Shown: positions 1 to 9,947, counted from the first letter of the stretch. The stretch: DNA of 32,000 bases from Trichodesmium erythraeum IMS101 (GCF_000014265.1 NC_008312.1:3180001-3212000); one strand, 5' to 3'. A program made the numbers and translations. The notes: generated by a model from the letters alone, not told the origin.

Positions 1-479
1 GCCACTTGATAAGTTTCAGCTAAAACTACTCCTATTCCTTGAGATCCTTCTAATAATTTTATCACCAAAGGAGCGCCACCAACAGTATTAATTAAACTAT
101 TAATATCTTTAGTAAAATGAGCAAAACTAGTCACAGGCAATTCTATTCCTTCTCGAGCTAATAATTGTAAACAATGTAATTTATCACGAGAGCGAGAAAT
201 AGCTAGAGAAGGATTTGCTGTAAAAACTCCCATCATTTCAAACTGTCTAACTACTGCCGTACCATAAAATGTTTTAGAAGCACCAATGCGAGGAATAATA
301 GCATCAAATCCTTTTAAAGATTTACCCATGTAAATAACTTCAGTCTTCATAGAAGTAATTTTCATATAACAGCGTAAGTAATCAATAACATAAACTTCAT
401 GACCGCGTTGTTCTCCAGCTTCCAGCAATTTTCTAGTAGAATAAAGACTTGGATCAGTAGATAAAATAGCAATTTTCAT
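1..479 (-). CDS. rimK: RimK-family ATP-grasp ligase (ribosomal protein S6 glutamate ligase-like), N-terminal part; 3' end runs off the window
   Basis: Hand translation of the minus strand from CAT at 477-479 gives [43 protein letters not shown]...[54 protein letters not shown]...[25 protein letters not shown]. This fits the typical RimK N-terminal/ATP-grasp pattern. It is absent from the ORF track because the window edge truncates it. Confidence 0.85.
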   Translation of the reverse strand, partial: MKIAILSTDPSLYSTRKLLEAGEQRGHEVYVIDYLRCYMKITSMKTEVIYMGKSLKGFDAIIPRIGASKTFYGTAVVRQFEMMGVFTANPSLAISRSRDKLHCLQLLAREGIELPVTSFAHFTKDINSLINTVGGAPLVIKLLEGSQGIGVVLAETYQV

Positions 480-844
480 TTTGTTCTTTTCTACCTTTTG
501 TAATCAGAAAATTAGGTTTAAAGTTTCCCATTTAAAGGGGAGAATACCAATTTAATAAATGCTTGTTATAGTTTCTTACCACCCCTAAACCCCCAAGGTT
601 AGGGAGTAGGGGGTTAGGTAGGGAAGTTGCATAAATTACAACATAAAAATAATAACACCCTTTTAGATATTTATTATTAAAAAAGCTATTTTATAACTGT
701 TAATTACTTCACAATTTAAATTATACCTAATGCAATAATTTTGCCCTTAGTATAAATAATAATATCCAGTGTTTTAATCATCCTAATTAAATAGAATATA
801 CTATCAAATAGTAACTGATTAGTACAAACTAAAATACCACTATA

Positions 845-1291
845 TTAACTATTTTTTTCATTCATATCTAAATAGGATTTTCCAGGGTTAATTAAGAAAT
901 TATTCTGCATAGCTTGTCGCCCCAATAACATTCTAAATTCCATAAATTCTCGATTAGTTAAGGTTAGTTCAATTTGCAATTTTTTGTTCATTAAGTTAAC
1001 TTCGGTTAAAATAACAGGACGTAACTCTGCTTTCCCATTAGAACTACGAACTTTTTTTTCATCTATTAGTTCTGCTTCAGCAATTACTATTAGATTAGTA
1101 TCTCGTTGTTTGGGATTAACTTTAAACTTAACCATCAATTTTCCGTCTTTTTCAAAAGTTTTAATATCAAAAGCGTGTAAAGCAGAATAATGGGCACCAG
1201 TATCAATTTTTGCCTTAATGCTAGTAATTCCAATTTCAGGTAAAACTATCCATTCTCGCCAACCAATAATAGGTAATTCTTGATATTTCAT
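845..1291 (-). CDS. RimK-associated putative ATP-dependent zinc protease / retropepsin-like protein (DUF785, COG4067 type)
   Basis: The 148-aa ORF has the family pattern IGWREWIVLPEIGI..IKAKIDTGAHYSALHA. It sits directly upstream of rimK on the same strand, which is the usual gene pairing. Confidence 0.75.
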   Translation of the reverse strand: MKYQELPIIGWREWIVLPEIGITSIKAKIDTGAHYSALHAFDIKTFEKDGKLMVKFKVNPKQRDTNLIVIAEAELIDEKKVRSSNGKAELRPVILTEVNLMNKKLQIELTLTNREFMEFRMLLGRQAMQNNFLINPGKSYLDMNEKNS

Positions 1292-1517
1292 TTTTTAGGA
1301 AGAAGGAAAAATAAACAAGGAATAAAAAATAACCTTTGAAAATAGTCTAGTAAGGTGTGTTTTGCACAGCTACATGAAAAGCCAAGTGTAACCAACCATT
1401 TTCAAGTCTCATAAGATACTGCGTTACGGCGCAATTTTATCTTTTGAGATACAACTATGTAAACATAATTGCACCTGCAGCACCCTATAGACTCCCACTA
1501 CACACTACTTCCTACCT

Positions 1518-1552
1518 TTAACTTTTAACTTTTAACTTTTGACTTTTGACTT
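1518..1552. repeat. Heptamer tandem repeat (STRR-like): 3x TTAACTT + 2x TTGACTT
   Basis: Read directly from the sequence as ttaactt ttaactt ttaactt ttgactt ttgactt. It overlaps the last codons and the stop codon of gcvT. Confidence 0.9.
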
Positions 1553-2670
1553 CTATAAAAGGGGCGCTTAACAACAATAGCTGCATAATTTTTACCCCTA
1601 ATTTCCACCTCTAACTTTTGACCTACCTTAGCTAATTTTTTAGGTACATAAGCCAGAGCGATCGCTTTCCCTAAAGTAGGAGACTTAGTACCGCTAGTAA
1701 CTTCCCCTACCACTTTGCCATCACTCAAAACAGGATAACCATGACGAGCAATACCGCGATCGAGCATTTCCAAACCCACTAAACGTTTTGATACTCCTTC
1801 CCTCTTTTGTGTTTCTAATACCTCACGAGCAATAAACTCCCCCTTTTTATCCAAGTGAACTAACCAACTTAAACCTGCTTCTAAAGGAGTAGTCTTAATA
1901 TCAATATCTTGACCATAAAGCGCCATAGCAGCTTCTAAACGCAAAGTATCTCTTGCTCCCAAACCGCAGGGAGTCACCCCAGCATTCAACAAACTGCGCC
2001 ATAACTCTACACCCACCGGGGGGTCAACCATAATTTCAAACCCATCTTCCCCAGTGTAACCAGTTCTAGCAATGAAACCAGGTTTATCCAATACAGTAAT
2101 ATCTGCATGCCCAAAAAATCCAATTGATGCCAAATTTTCCTTGACAAACTGCTGTATATAAGACTCTGCATCCGGACCTTGGACAGCTAATAACACTTTT
2201 TCCTCAGAGATATCTTGGAATTTAACACCACTATTTTCTAGATGACTTAATATCCATCCTTTATCATTAGCTTTAGTGGCAGCATTAACAATCATAAAAC
2301 CCCGTGCTTCATTAGTTAGAGGGTCATCACTTTGACGATAGAAAATGAAGTCATCAATAATGCCTCCTTGAGAATTTAATAAGACAGTATATTGAGCTTT
2401 ACCAGGTTCTAAGCCGCTCAGGTCCGAAGGTACTAAATATTGAATTTTCTCAATTAAATCATGGCCTTGAGCAATGAACTTGCCCATATGAGAAATGTCA
2501 AACATTCCTGCTTTTGTCCGTACTGCCTCATGTTCGTTGCTGATACTAGTGTATTGTACCGGCATCTCCCACCCAGAAAATTCTACCATTCTAGCCTTAA
2601 GTTCAGTGCTTAAGTCATATAGAGGTGTACGAGAAAGAGGTTGTGTATTAGATTCTGTTGATTTGGCCAC
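1525..2670 (-). CDS. gcvT: Glycine cleavage system T protein (aminomethyltransferase)
   Basis: The 381-aa ORF has hallmark GcvT segments: TPLYD...GARMVEFSGWEMPVQY, HEAVRTKAGMFDISHMGKF, RTGYTGEDGFEI, GLGARDTLRLEA. Confidence 0.95.
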   Translation of the reverse strand: MAKSTESNTQPLSRTPLYDLSTELKARMVEFSGWEMPVQYTSISNEHEAVRTKAGMFDISHMGKFIAQGHDLIEKIQYLVPSDLSGLEPGKAQYTVLLNSQGGIIDDFIFYRQSDDPLTNEARGFMIVNAATKANDKGWILSHLENSGVKFQDISEEKVLLAVQGPDAESYIQQFVKENLASIGFFGHADITVLDKPGFIARTGYTGEDGFEIMVDPPVGVELWRSLLNAGVTPCGLGARDTLRLEAAMALYGQDIDIKTTPLEAGLSWLVHLDKKGEFIAREVLETQKREGVSKRLVGLEMLDRGIARHGYPVLSDGKVVGEVTSGTKSPTLGKAIALAYVPKKLAKVGQKLEVEIRGKNYAAIVVKRPFYRSQKSKVKS

Positions 2671-2740
2671 TAGTATTTTCCTAATTTATTATAAACTTTA
2701 TTGATTTTAGGACATTGTGGGTATTCACAGAAGTCATAAC

Positions 2741-2768
2741 TCAGGAGTTAGGAGTCAGGAGCTAGGAG
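2741..2768. repeat. Heptamer tandem repeat (NYAGGAG x4)
   Basis: Read directly as tcaggag ttaggag tcaggag ctaggag, followed by a HIP1 site. A related copy lies at 9786-9813. Confidence 0.8.
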
Positions 2769-3045
2769 AGAGTAGCGATCGCTCCACTGTATTATTGTTT
2801 TCTAAACTAGCATCTTGCCCGCCACACGTGCATAAGAATTAGATGAAATTTTCAATATAAGGAAAAAAATTTACTCCTTTTTTAGAATAGAGTTATTGGG
2901 AATTAAGCCCAAAAAATAGCTAAAACCCAAAACAAGTCCAGGAGGCCGTGCTTTTGAGAATTAAAAATCTGAAAACTTTATAGAGTATACTTTTGAGTAT
3001 TTTAAATTTTCCCACACCCAACATTTATAATAATTATCTAGTGAT

Positions 3046-3560
3046 AACTCAACAGAAGTGTTTAGCTCCGAAACTTCCCCATTTTCAAAGGCTGATGCAA
3101 CTACCAGAAGAATTGACAGTTTAAGAAATAGGAAAAGCTTTTAAAGATTTAATTGATGAAGAATTTGAGCATTATAGTATCTGGCAAGAAAACCAAAAAC
3201 AGTCTGTTGATGATGAGTGGACAATTGAATTCAAAAACAAAGTAGAGTTAACTATCAAACAATGGAGCCATAAAACAGGCTATGAAGCGGAAAAAATCTT
3301 AAAAAGTTTCAAGTTGAAAACAGATCAATGGTGGTATTTTCAACTTCACCTAGAAATTCCGCCCGATAATAACCTCGTAGAACTTTCATTACAGTTGGTA
3401 TATCATCAAGGACCACTAATTTGGTGCATCAAGAAGCATAGAAAGATTTCAACACACAGCTAATTTATTAACTTTGCTACAAACCTGTCGTCGTCAGGAG
3501 TATTCTGTCATTGAGTTCTTGGAAAAATCGCCGGTGGCAAAATTTGTAGCTCAACACTCA
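3046..3560 (+). pseudogene. Decayed transposase C-terminal fragment (IS66-like family, tentative)
   Basis: Hand translation gives ...QWWYFQLHLEIPPDNNLVELSLQLVYHQ...KKHRKISTHS stop. After a +1 shift at 3462 it continues NLLTLLQTCRRQEYSVIEFLEKS. This resembles the conserved (V/I)xPTNNxAERxLR ... LxxTCRxQxxSxxEFL tail of cyanobacterial IS66-type transposases. A frameshift, stops and the lack of an N-terminal domain mark it as a remnant. Confidence 0.5.
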
Positions 3561-4953
3561 TCAAGTTTTTCTTTTGTTACTATTATGTTCTGGCTTTTAC
3601 CACAGGTATACTTATCTGTAAGTTTGTCACACAAGATTAGAAAATAAATTTCTGAATACACCTTACAAATATCGATCTATTAAGTAGGTAACTTTGCAGT
3701 AGTTATCAACAGCATTTTTGTGGAGTCAATGGCTAATTCAAGACTTGGCAAATATATTTGTATATCTGCTACTAAACCTTGATGCTCCAATGCTATTTTT
3801 CTCAATTTTTATGATGCTACTTTTACACCCAGTTATTTTCTACAGGAATGGTGGTGCAATTCAGAAAATAGTAAAAATTAATGGTCTTGGCAGGATATTT
3901 TTTCAGCAACAATTATAGATTTGGCGTTGGTAATTTTGGCTATAATTTTGCATCAATGCTGATCACCTAACTATTAACTGAAAAACATTTTATATTTAGC
4001 CAAATTTAGGTTTTATAGCTATTTTCACCAACATCGTAGATTTTATTTACCCATTAATTTTGTTATTCTTCAAAAAATAGAGCAAGATGTCTATGAGTAA
4101 AACTTGGGTTTTATTGGTCTTTGAGCTGGAACAGAAGTAGCAATAGCTCAAAATTTCCAAAATCCTAAAATTAAGGATACAAGTCAAATGATTTTCAGTG
4201 ATGCCTTAAAAGCATTTGTAGGTTTAGGAGTTAGTATTATTATTACTTTTGGACGACCGATGCTAGAAAAAATGATTAGTAAGTAGTACCAGTAATACTT
4301 ATCCACAGGAAGACTAGTATTTTTACATAGTAAGTAGGGTGAGCACATCTATTATCTAATGGCGTGAAGGTTTTTGCAGGTCAGCATCCAGGCACAGCTC
4401 AATGGCCAGGTCACCAAGTCTGATGTAATAAGAATTGTCCCCTGATTTTTATGCTGCCGGTGCACCCAATATCCGTGCATAAGCTTTATCCATCGAACTT
4501 ATACTGCCTTTTGAAAGCTAGAAATTTAACCTTTGCATAATTTATGTCAATGGTTTGAGAATTAATCCAAAGCCCTAAGTAGTTTAAATTATTTGAGATT
4601 ACACAAAGATATTTCCTAGGCTTAACTCTAGGAACTATTAATTTTTTTTGGACATTATGATCAAATATTTATTTGAGGACAATAAGATTCAAATTATACT
4701 AACACTCTTATGATATGGAATCGTTAGATGAGTTTTTCAGATTAAAGAACTACAAAAAAAATCTTTAACTGAAAAGTATTTAATTTTTAGGATAAAACTT
4801 GAAAATTATCATTTTAGAGACTGCCAATAGAGTTATAGTAGACTGGCAGTTTATCCTTAATTTCAGTTTTCAGAATGCCCCAATAATTTAGATCACAGTG
4901 GAGCATTAAAACTGATACCCTAAACTAAAAATGGCCGTGAGGAGTTTAATTAG

Positions 4954-5778
4954 ATGAATATACCCAAAGATAAAGATGCCCTAGAGATACTAAAAGAAAC
5001 TAGCCGAACTTTTTATATTCCTATTAGTCAATTACCATCTGGCCTAAAAGAGGCAGTAGCATCGGCTTATCTTTGTATGCGTGCCATTGACGAAATTGAG
5101 GATCATCGAGATCTAGATAACTTCACAAAGGCAAAATTATTACGAAAGATTAGTTTGGCTTTACAGGAAGCAGTTGACCATTCTAGTTTCCTTAACTTTT
5201 CAGAAAAATTAGACCTGAATATTAGTCACCTACCAGAAGTAACAAAAAGAGTAGGAGAATGGGCTATACTGGCTTCAGCCACCATAGCACCTAGGATTTG
5301 GGGTGAAACTGCAGCAATGGCAGACCGGATGGCTTATTGGGCCGAAAATAATTGGACCATCCACACCGAATCAGATTTGGATCGTTACACTTTTAGTGTG
5401 GCTGGTGCAGTAGGTTTATTACTTTCCGATTTATGGGGTTGGTATGATAATACTCAGACTAACCGTACTCAGGCAATTGGGTTTGGGCGAGGTCTACAGG
5501 CAGTAAATATTCTCCGTAACCATTCAGAAGATTTAGTTAGGGGCGTAGATTTTTTTCCTTATGGTTGGAGTGCAAAAAATATGCAAGCTTATGCTCAACG
5601 TAATCTTTTACTGGCTGATTCTTATACTAATTCTCTTCCTTCAGGACCAGCAAGAAATTTTTGTCAAATTCCTCTTACCCTTGCTCATGCAACTCTAGAT
5701 ATTTTAACAATGGGGCAAGAAAAGCTGACTCGTTCAGAAGTGATGAAATTAATTTCTCGCTGCAATAATTCTGTTTAA
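4954..5778 (+). CDS. Squalene/phytoene synthase family protein (short paralog, 274 aa)
   Basis: SRTFYIPISQLP...AYLCMRAIDEIEDH carries the first Asp-rich motif. YTFSVAGAVGLLLS and GLQAVNILRNHSEDLVRGVDFFP carry the second motif region, with N in place of the first D. Confidence 0.85.
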   Translation: MNIPKDKDALEILKETSRTFYIPISQLPSGLKEAVASAYLCMRAIDEIEDHRDLDNFTKAKLLRKISLALQEAVDHSSFLNFSEKLDLNISHLPEVTKRVGEWAILASATIAPRIWGETAAMADRMAYWAENNWTIHTESDLDRYTFSVAGAVGLLLSDLWGWYDNTQTNRTQAIGFGRGLQAVNILRNHSEDLVRGVDFFPYGWSAKNMQAYAQRNLLLADSYTNSLPSGPARNFCQIPLTLAHATLDILTMGQEKLTRSEVMKLISRCNNSV

Positions 5779-5903
5779 CTCTCCCGGTGAAAAGTCCCGC
5801 GCTCTTGGGAAGGAGAGCGCCGGGATGAAAACCAGACGTTATATGTGTGTAGTTATCCTGATTTTCTCTAAAGCATATGTTGATAACGGGACTTGAGCAA
5901 ATT

Positions 5904-7196
5904 TCAAGCCCAAACAAACCCCAAACTCTCTTTATGAGCGGTAAATACGTCGATGTTTTCATCTAACCACTCAACAAAACGATAAGATATTGCTGCATGA
6001 AATGCTTCTAAAGTATCAGTAAAGTATTTAATAGTTTGTTAGCCCAACGCCTTTTTATACCTCCAGTTAACTGATGCCAGATAATAAATTTATAAGCACA
6101 AAATACTAAAATAAAATGCCTTTTTAGGCTGATTTTATCCCGGAGTTGATATTCTCTTAGTCCTAAGTATCCTTTGGCTTCTAATCACGCAAACTTCCAC
6201 CCAATTTCTCTTTTTATAAGCAAAATACATCGACTCTGGAGTTACATATTTGTGTTCTATATTAGTGATATAATAGTTAATATCAGTTGTTTCATAAAAA
6301 CTTTTAGCATTTCATATTGATAGCTATAGTTTTTTTACCTGATATCCGTTATGAGTTATACTTTAATGATTGAAACCAAAACTTTTTTGGCATTTTTTGT
6401 GCTTAGTTGAACTAAATTAAAAGCTTGTATAGATATAATTTCAGCTAGCTAGTCTCATATAATTTCTTCTTTAATATTATCCTATTTTTTGATGATTACT
6501 TTTCGATTTTTAGCTAATCCTCCTATATAAGTTAAATTTCTTTTTTATAGTTGATTCAAGAATGATGTATTGTTACCATATTCCCTATCAATTAACATAA
6601 TTTGTGGCTGATGTCCTCTAGACAAAAATTGGTCAACTAGAGACATTGCACTCGTCTGGTTTATTAACAAATTCTGAGTCTTTTTTTATCTAAAGGTAAA
6701 AAATCAGCTTTTTGATATAAAGCTATCTCTAAAGGTAGACTTCTTACTCTATCATAAAGATGAGTGGTAACTACAACTACACCATTATCTGTTTTTCCTA
6801 TTTATCCTATATATTGCCGCCCTACTCCTGCAGTTAAATTATCACTTTTCCTGTGACCTGAATCTCTATAATTAAAGCAATAGGATCGAGAAGGTTTTGT
6901 TTGAGGACATTCCCACATCACTTGGAGACGAAACTCATTCACAGCATCTACAGACCAATTTGCTCAAACTAAAAAATGCCGTAATTTTTGGTATAACAGA
7001 CCTACAGTCTTATTAGACATTTGAGACAAATTTTTTCTTTGACTTTCTCAAGAGTAATCCTCCTATATAGTCTCTAAACCCAGTTTTTTGAGCTTTTGTC
7101 TTTAATACATTGTTAAAGCGATCGCACCATCGATAGAAACAAGAGGGCATGGCCACTGAAGTTATTTCTTTCATTGGACTTTCCCCAGGGAGTCAT
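5904..7196 (-). pseudogene. IS701-like (IS4 superfamily) DDE transposase, multiply disrupted
   Basis: Minus-strand hand translation gives pieces in different frames separated by stops: MTPWGKSNERNNFSGHALLF...; ...DSGHRKSDNLTAGVGRQYIG.IGKTDNGVVVVTTHLYD...PLEIALY...MLIDREYGNNTSFLNQL...; ...YKKRNWVEVC...LEAFHAAISYRFVEWLDENIDVFTAHKESLGFVWA stop. The GVxRQYxGxxGKxxN, DxxYG and YxxRNWVE motifs are typical of IS701-type transposases. Tentative terminal inverted repeats lie near 5873-5898 and 7251-7287 and share only ATATGT...GGGACTT. Confidence 0.7.
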
Positions 7197-7424
7197 TAAC
7201 GTAAAATACTTGTCAGCTATAATACATATAACTTTTTTTTTATATTTCCTGACACTAAAGTCCCAATAAGTATACATATATTATAGCATATTTATAGTAA
7301 TTATGGCCAATTAAACATTGGTCTTATATCAGTTGGATACAAAATCCATATGAGCCTACCAGTGTCAAGAAAAAATAGTCTTTTGCTAAAACTGAAGTAA
7401 TATCTTGAGAAAAAAACTTTAGCC

Positions 7425-9575
7425 ATGCTGGATAATATTTCTGAAATCAAAATGCATCGAGTACGATGGGTAGTTACACTGAGTTGGTGTCTCCTAATTA
7501 TTTCATTATTCTATGATCCACTATCCACTCAGCTTACAGAACCTTCCAATGCAGTAAGCCCATTCAGACTCAATACAGAAAACTGTGTCCTGTTACAAGG
7601 AAAATGTATTGAAGAGACACCCTATGCAATGGGAGCTGCTATTTTTTGGGGCATGGTCGTACCAACTTCAATTTTGATTTTGCTTGTGTTAGGACACGAA
7701 TTTTGGCGACGCATTTGTCCCCTATCCTTTATTTCACAAATTCCTCGTGCTTTGGGATGGGAACGTAAACGCGATCGCATCAGTAAAACAGGTAAGGTAC
7801 GCAAGGAATTGGTCAAAGTTTCCAAAAATTCATGGCTAGCTCAGAATCATCTTTACCTACAATTTGGCCTTTTCTTTGTAGGGCTGTGTAGCCGTATTCT
7901 TTTTGTTAACTCTAATCGTTTTGCTTTAGGTTTGTTTTTAATACTTACCATTATTGCAGCAATAACAGTCGGTTTCCTCTATGGGGGTAAGGCTTGGTGT
8001 CAGTATATTTGTCCGATGGCTCCGGTACAAAAAATTTATGCAGAACCAAGAGGACTTTTTAATAGTACTGCTCACAAGGGCGATCGCAAACGCATTACCC
8101 AATCTATGTGTCGTACAGTAACTCAAGACGGCAAAGAATTGAGTGCTTGTGTTGCCTGTCAAAGCCCTTGTATTGATATAGACGCCGAATCTTCCTATTG
8201 GCATGGTATAAGTAACCCACGGCAGAAATGGCTCTACTATGCCTATGTTGGTCTTGTAGTTGGATATTTTGTTTATTACTATCTTTATGCGGGGAACTGG
8301 GATTATTATTTATCGGGTGCTTGGGCTCATGAAGAAAACCAACTGGCTAATTTGCTTAAACCCGGGTATTATTTGTTAGATAAGCCTTTAGACATTCCTA
8401 AACTCGCAGCAGTACCTATAACTCTGAGTTTATTTACCTTTGGTGCTATAGGCATTGGTGATACTTTAGAAAAGACTTATAAAGCCTATCATCATCGCCA
8501 TCATAGACATACAGACCCCCTAATCATTCGACATCGAATGTTTACTTTGTGTACATTTTTCATTTTTAATTTCTTTTTTGTTTTTGCAGGGCACAATTTT
8601 GTTCACTTGTTGCCATTACCCTTACCCAATCTTTTTTCAGTTTTAATAGCTGTATCCAGTAGCTTGTGGCTCTTCAGAACTTGGCAGCGCACTCCTAGTT
8701 CTTATCACCGAGAAAGTCTTGCCGGTCGGTTGCGAAAACAGCTTAAAAAACTCAATTTGGATAGGGCAAAGTTTTTGGAAGGGCGATCTATTGAGGACCT
8801 TAGTACAAATGAAGTCTATATTATGGCTAAAGTTTGGCCTGATTTTTGCCAAGAGCAACGCCTCAAAACTTACAAAATTATACTGCGAGATACCATTAAT
8901 GAGGGTTATGTAAACCCAGCTAATAGTCTGGAAAGCTTCAAGCATATGCGGCAAGAACTGGGTGCCTCAGATAAAGATCACAATGCTATCTTAACGGAAC
9001 TAGGTCAGCAATATCCTGAGCTTTTCTATTCTCATAAGCTGCGGAATAAAGAAAACACTTCGCGCTTAGAAAGCTATCAAGAAACTCTGCTGGAAATTAT
9101 CTTACTTGCTCAGAAAGCTAACCCAGATAAAACCTGGGTGACTGACTTGATGAAAGTATTTTCTAGGGAAACATCCTTAGAAGTCTTAGAAGACCTTTTG
9201 AAAAGTTTATCTCCAAAAGCTCGTAATTTAGTTCAAGAACTTCGCCAAGAATATAGCATTACTGCAAATGACGAAGCAGATGCTCTTAAAAACACTGACC
9301 CCTATCAGTTGTGGAAGGCGATCGCTGAACGTATTGGTTTGCTAGAATACATTAGTACTGGGGGAGAAAAAGAAGTCCGCAAAATTTTTGAACAAATTGA
9401 TACAGATGCTTCAGGGGATATAAGTTTGTATGAATTAAAAACTTATATCCGTACTATCGATCCCCATGTTACTAATTTTCAAATTGAAAATATGTTGACA
9501 GCAGCAGACACCAATGGAGACTATGTAATTAGTTATGATGAGTTTCAAGAACTCTTTAAATCCTTGAAATATTAG
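7425..9575 (+). CDS. Polytopic membrane protein with NapH/NosR-like Cys motifs and a C-terminal EF-hand pair
   Basis: The 716-aa ORF has several hydrophobic segments and the Cys motifs WRRICPLSF, KAWCQYICPMAP and CVACQSPCIDID. There is a His-rich loop, HHRHHRH. The soluble C-terminus ends in two EF-hand loops, DTDASGDISLYE and DTNGDYVISYDE. Confidence 0.8.
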   Translation: MLDNISEIKMHRVRWVVTLSWCLLIISLFYDPLSTQLTEPSNAVSPFRLNTENCVLLQGKCIEETPYAMGAAIFWGMVVPTSILILLVLGHEFWRRICPLSFISQIPRALGWERKRDRISKTGKVRKELVKVSKNSWLAQNHLYLQFGLFFVGLCSRILFVNSNRFALGLFLILTIIAAITVGFLYGGKAWCQYICPMAPVQKIYAEPRGLFNSTAHKGDRKRITQSMCRTVTQDGKELSACVACQSPCIDIDAESSYWHGISNPRQKWLYYAYVGLVVGYFVYYYLYAGNWDYYLSGAWAHEENQLANLLKPGYYLLDKPLDIPKLAAVPITLSLFTFGAIGIGDTLEKTYKAYHHRHHRHTDPLIIRHRMFTLCTFFIFNFFFVFAGHNFVHLLPLPLPNLFSVLIAVSSSLWLFRTWQRTPSSYHRESLAGRLRKQLKKLNLDRAKFLEGRSIEDLSTNEVYIMAKVWPDFCQEQRLKTYKIILRDTINEGYVNPANSLESFKHMRQELGASDKDHNAILTELGQQYPELFYSHKLRNKENTSRLESYQETLLEIILLAQKANPDKTWVTDLMKVFSRETSLEVLEDLLKSLSPKARNLVQELRQEYSITANDEADALKNTDPYQLWKAIAERIGLLEYISTGGEKEVRKIFEQIDTDASGDISLYELKTYIRTIDPHVTNFQIENMLTAADTNGDYVISYDEFQELFKSLKY

Positions 9576-9785
9576 ACTCTTAATCATTTTTTGTGCATTA
9601 ATGCTACCTTTGGAAAGCAATAATGCATGAAAAATTACAGGGGTTATCTAAAAATAAAACTGTGTCAATAAATAGTATTTAAAAATAGAAAATCTAAGTG
9701 TAGCAAAGATTTTGATAATTAGTATTAGAGAAAGTTAGTAAATATTTATACTTAGGAGTTGATGAATGAAGTATAAGTTGTAGGG

Positions 9786-9813
9786 GTAGGAGTCAGGAGT
9801 CAATATTCAGGAG
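9786..9813. repeat. Heptamer repeat related to 2741-2768 (GTAGGAG TCAGGAG TCAATAT TCAGGAG)
   Basis: Read directly from the sequence. Confidence 0.7.
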
Positions 9814-9821
9814 AAACAGTG

Positions 9822-9947
9822 ATGAGTTTTAGTCATTCTTCCAAAAAAACAAAAACAGTGCCAGTATCAGGAATTGACAGAAGGAAATTCTTGGGGAGGA
9901 ATTGCTCCTCAACACAGAAGGGAAAACTAACTGTAACAAATGGCTAA
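9822..9947 (+). pseudogene. Orphan 41-codon ORF carrying a twin-arginine (Tat) signal-like motif; probable N-terminal stub of a lost gene
   Basis: Hand translation gives MSFSHSSKKTKTVPVSGIDRRKFLGRNCSSTQKGKLTVTNG stop. DRRKFLG matches the S/T-R-R-x-F-L-K Tat consensus. No hydrophobic h-region or mature domain follows in this frame. Confidence 0.3.

Noticed and set aside
2671-2960. Possible glycine riboswitch upstream of gcvT (minus strand).
   Set aside because: On reading the reverse complement I could not find the conserved aptamer cores (GGAGAG ... CACCGAAGGGGCAA-type segments). The region instead contains a heptamer repeat and a HIP1 site. An Infernal scan with the Rfam glycine model would settle it.
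984-5962. Assorted short track ORFs: 984-1190, 2495-2704, 3718-3918 and 5675-5962. The same judgement applies to 16652-16852, 13275-14556 (minus), 20469-21785, 24135-24404 and 26380-26948.
   Set aside because: Each overlaps a well-supported gene in another frame or on the other strand, or lies in IS debris. None shows a conserved motif.
7622-9620. Short ORFs nested in or around the EF-hand membrane protein gene: minus-strand 7622-7825, 7938-8204, 8643-8954 and 9435-9620, plus + strand 8719-8913 in another frame.
   Set aside because: All are nested in, or overlap the end of, a long ORF that has clear motifs. They have low-complexity or odd composition and no start context.
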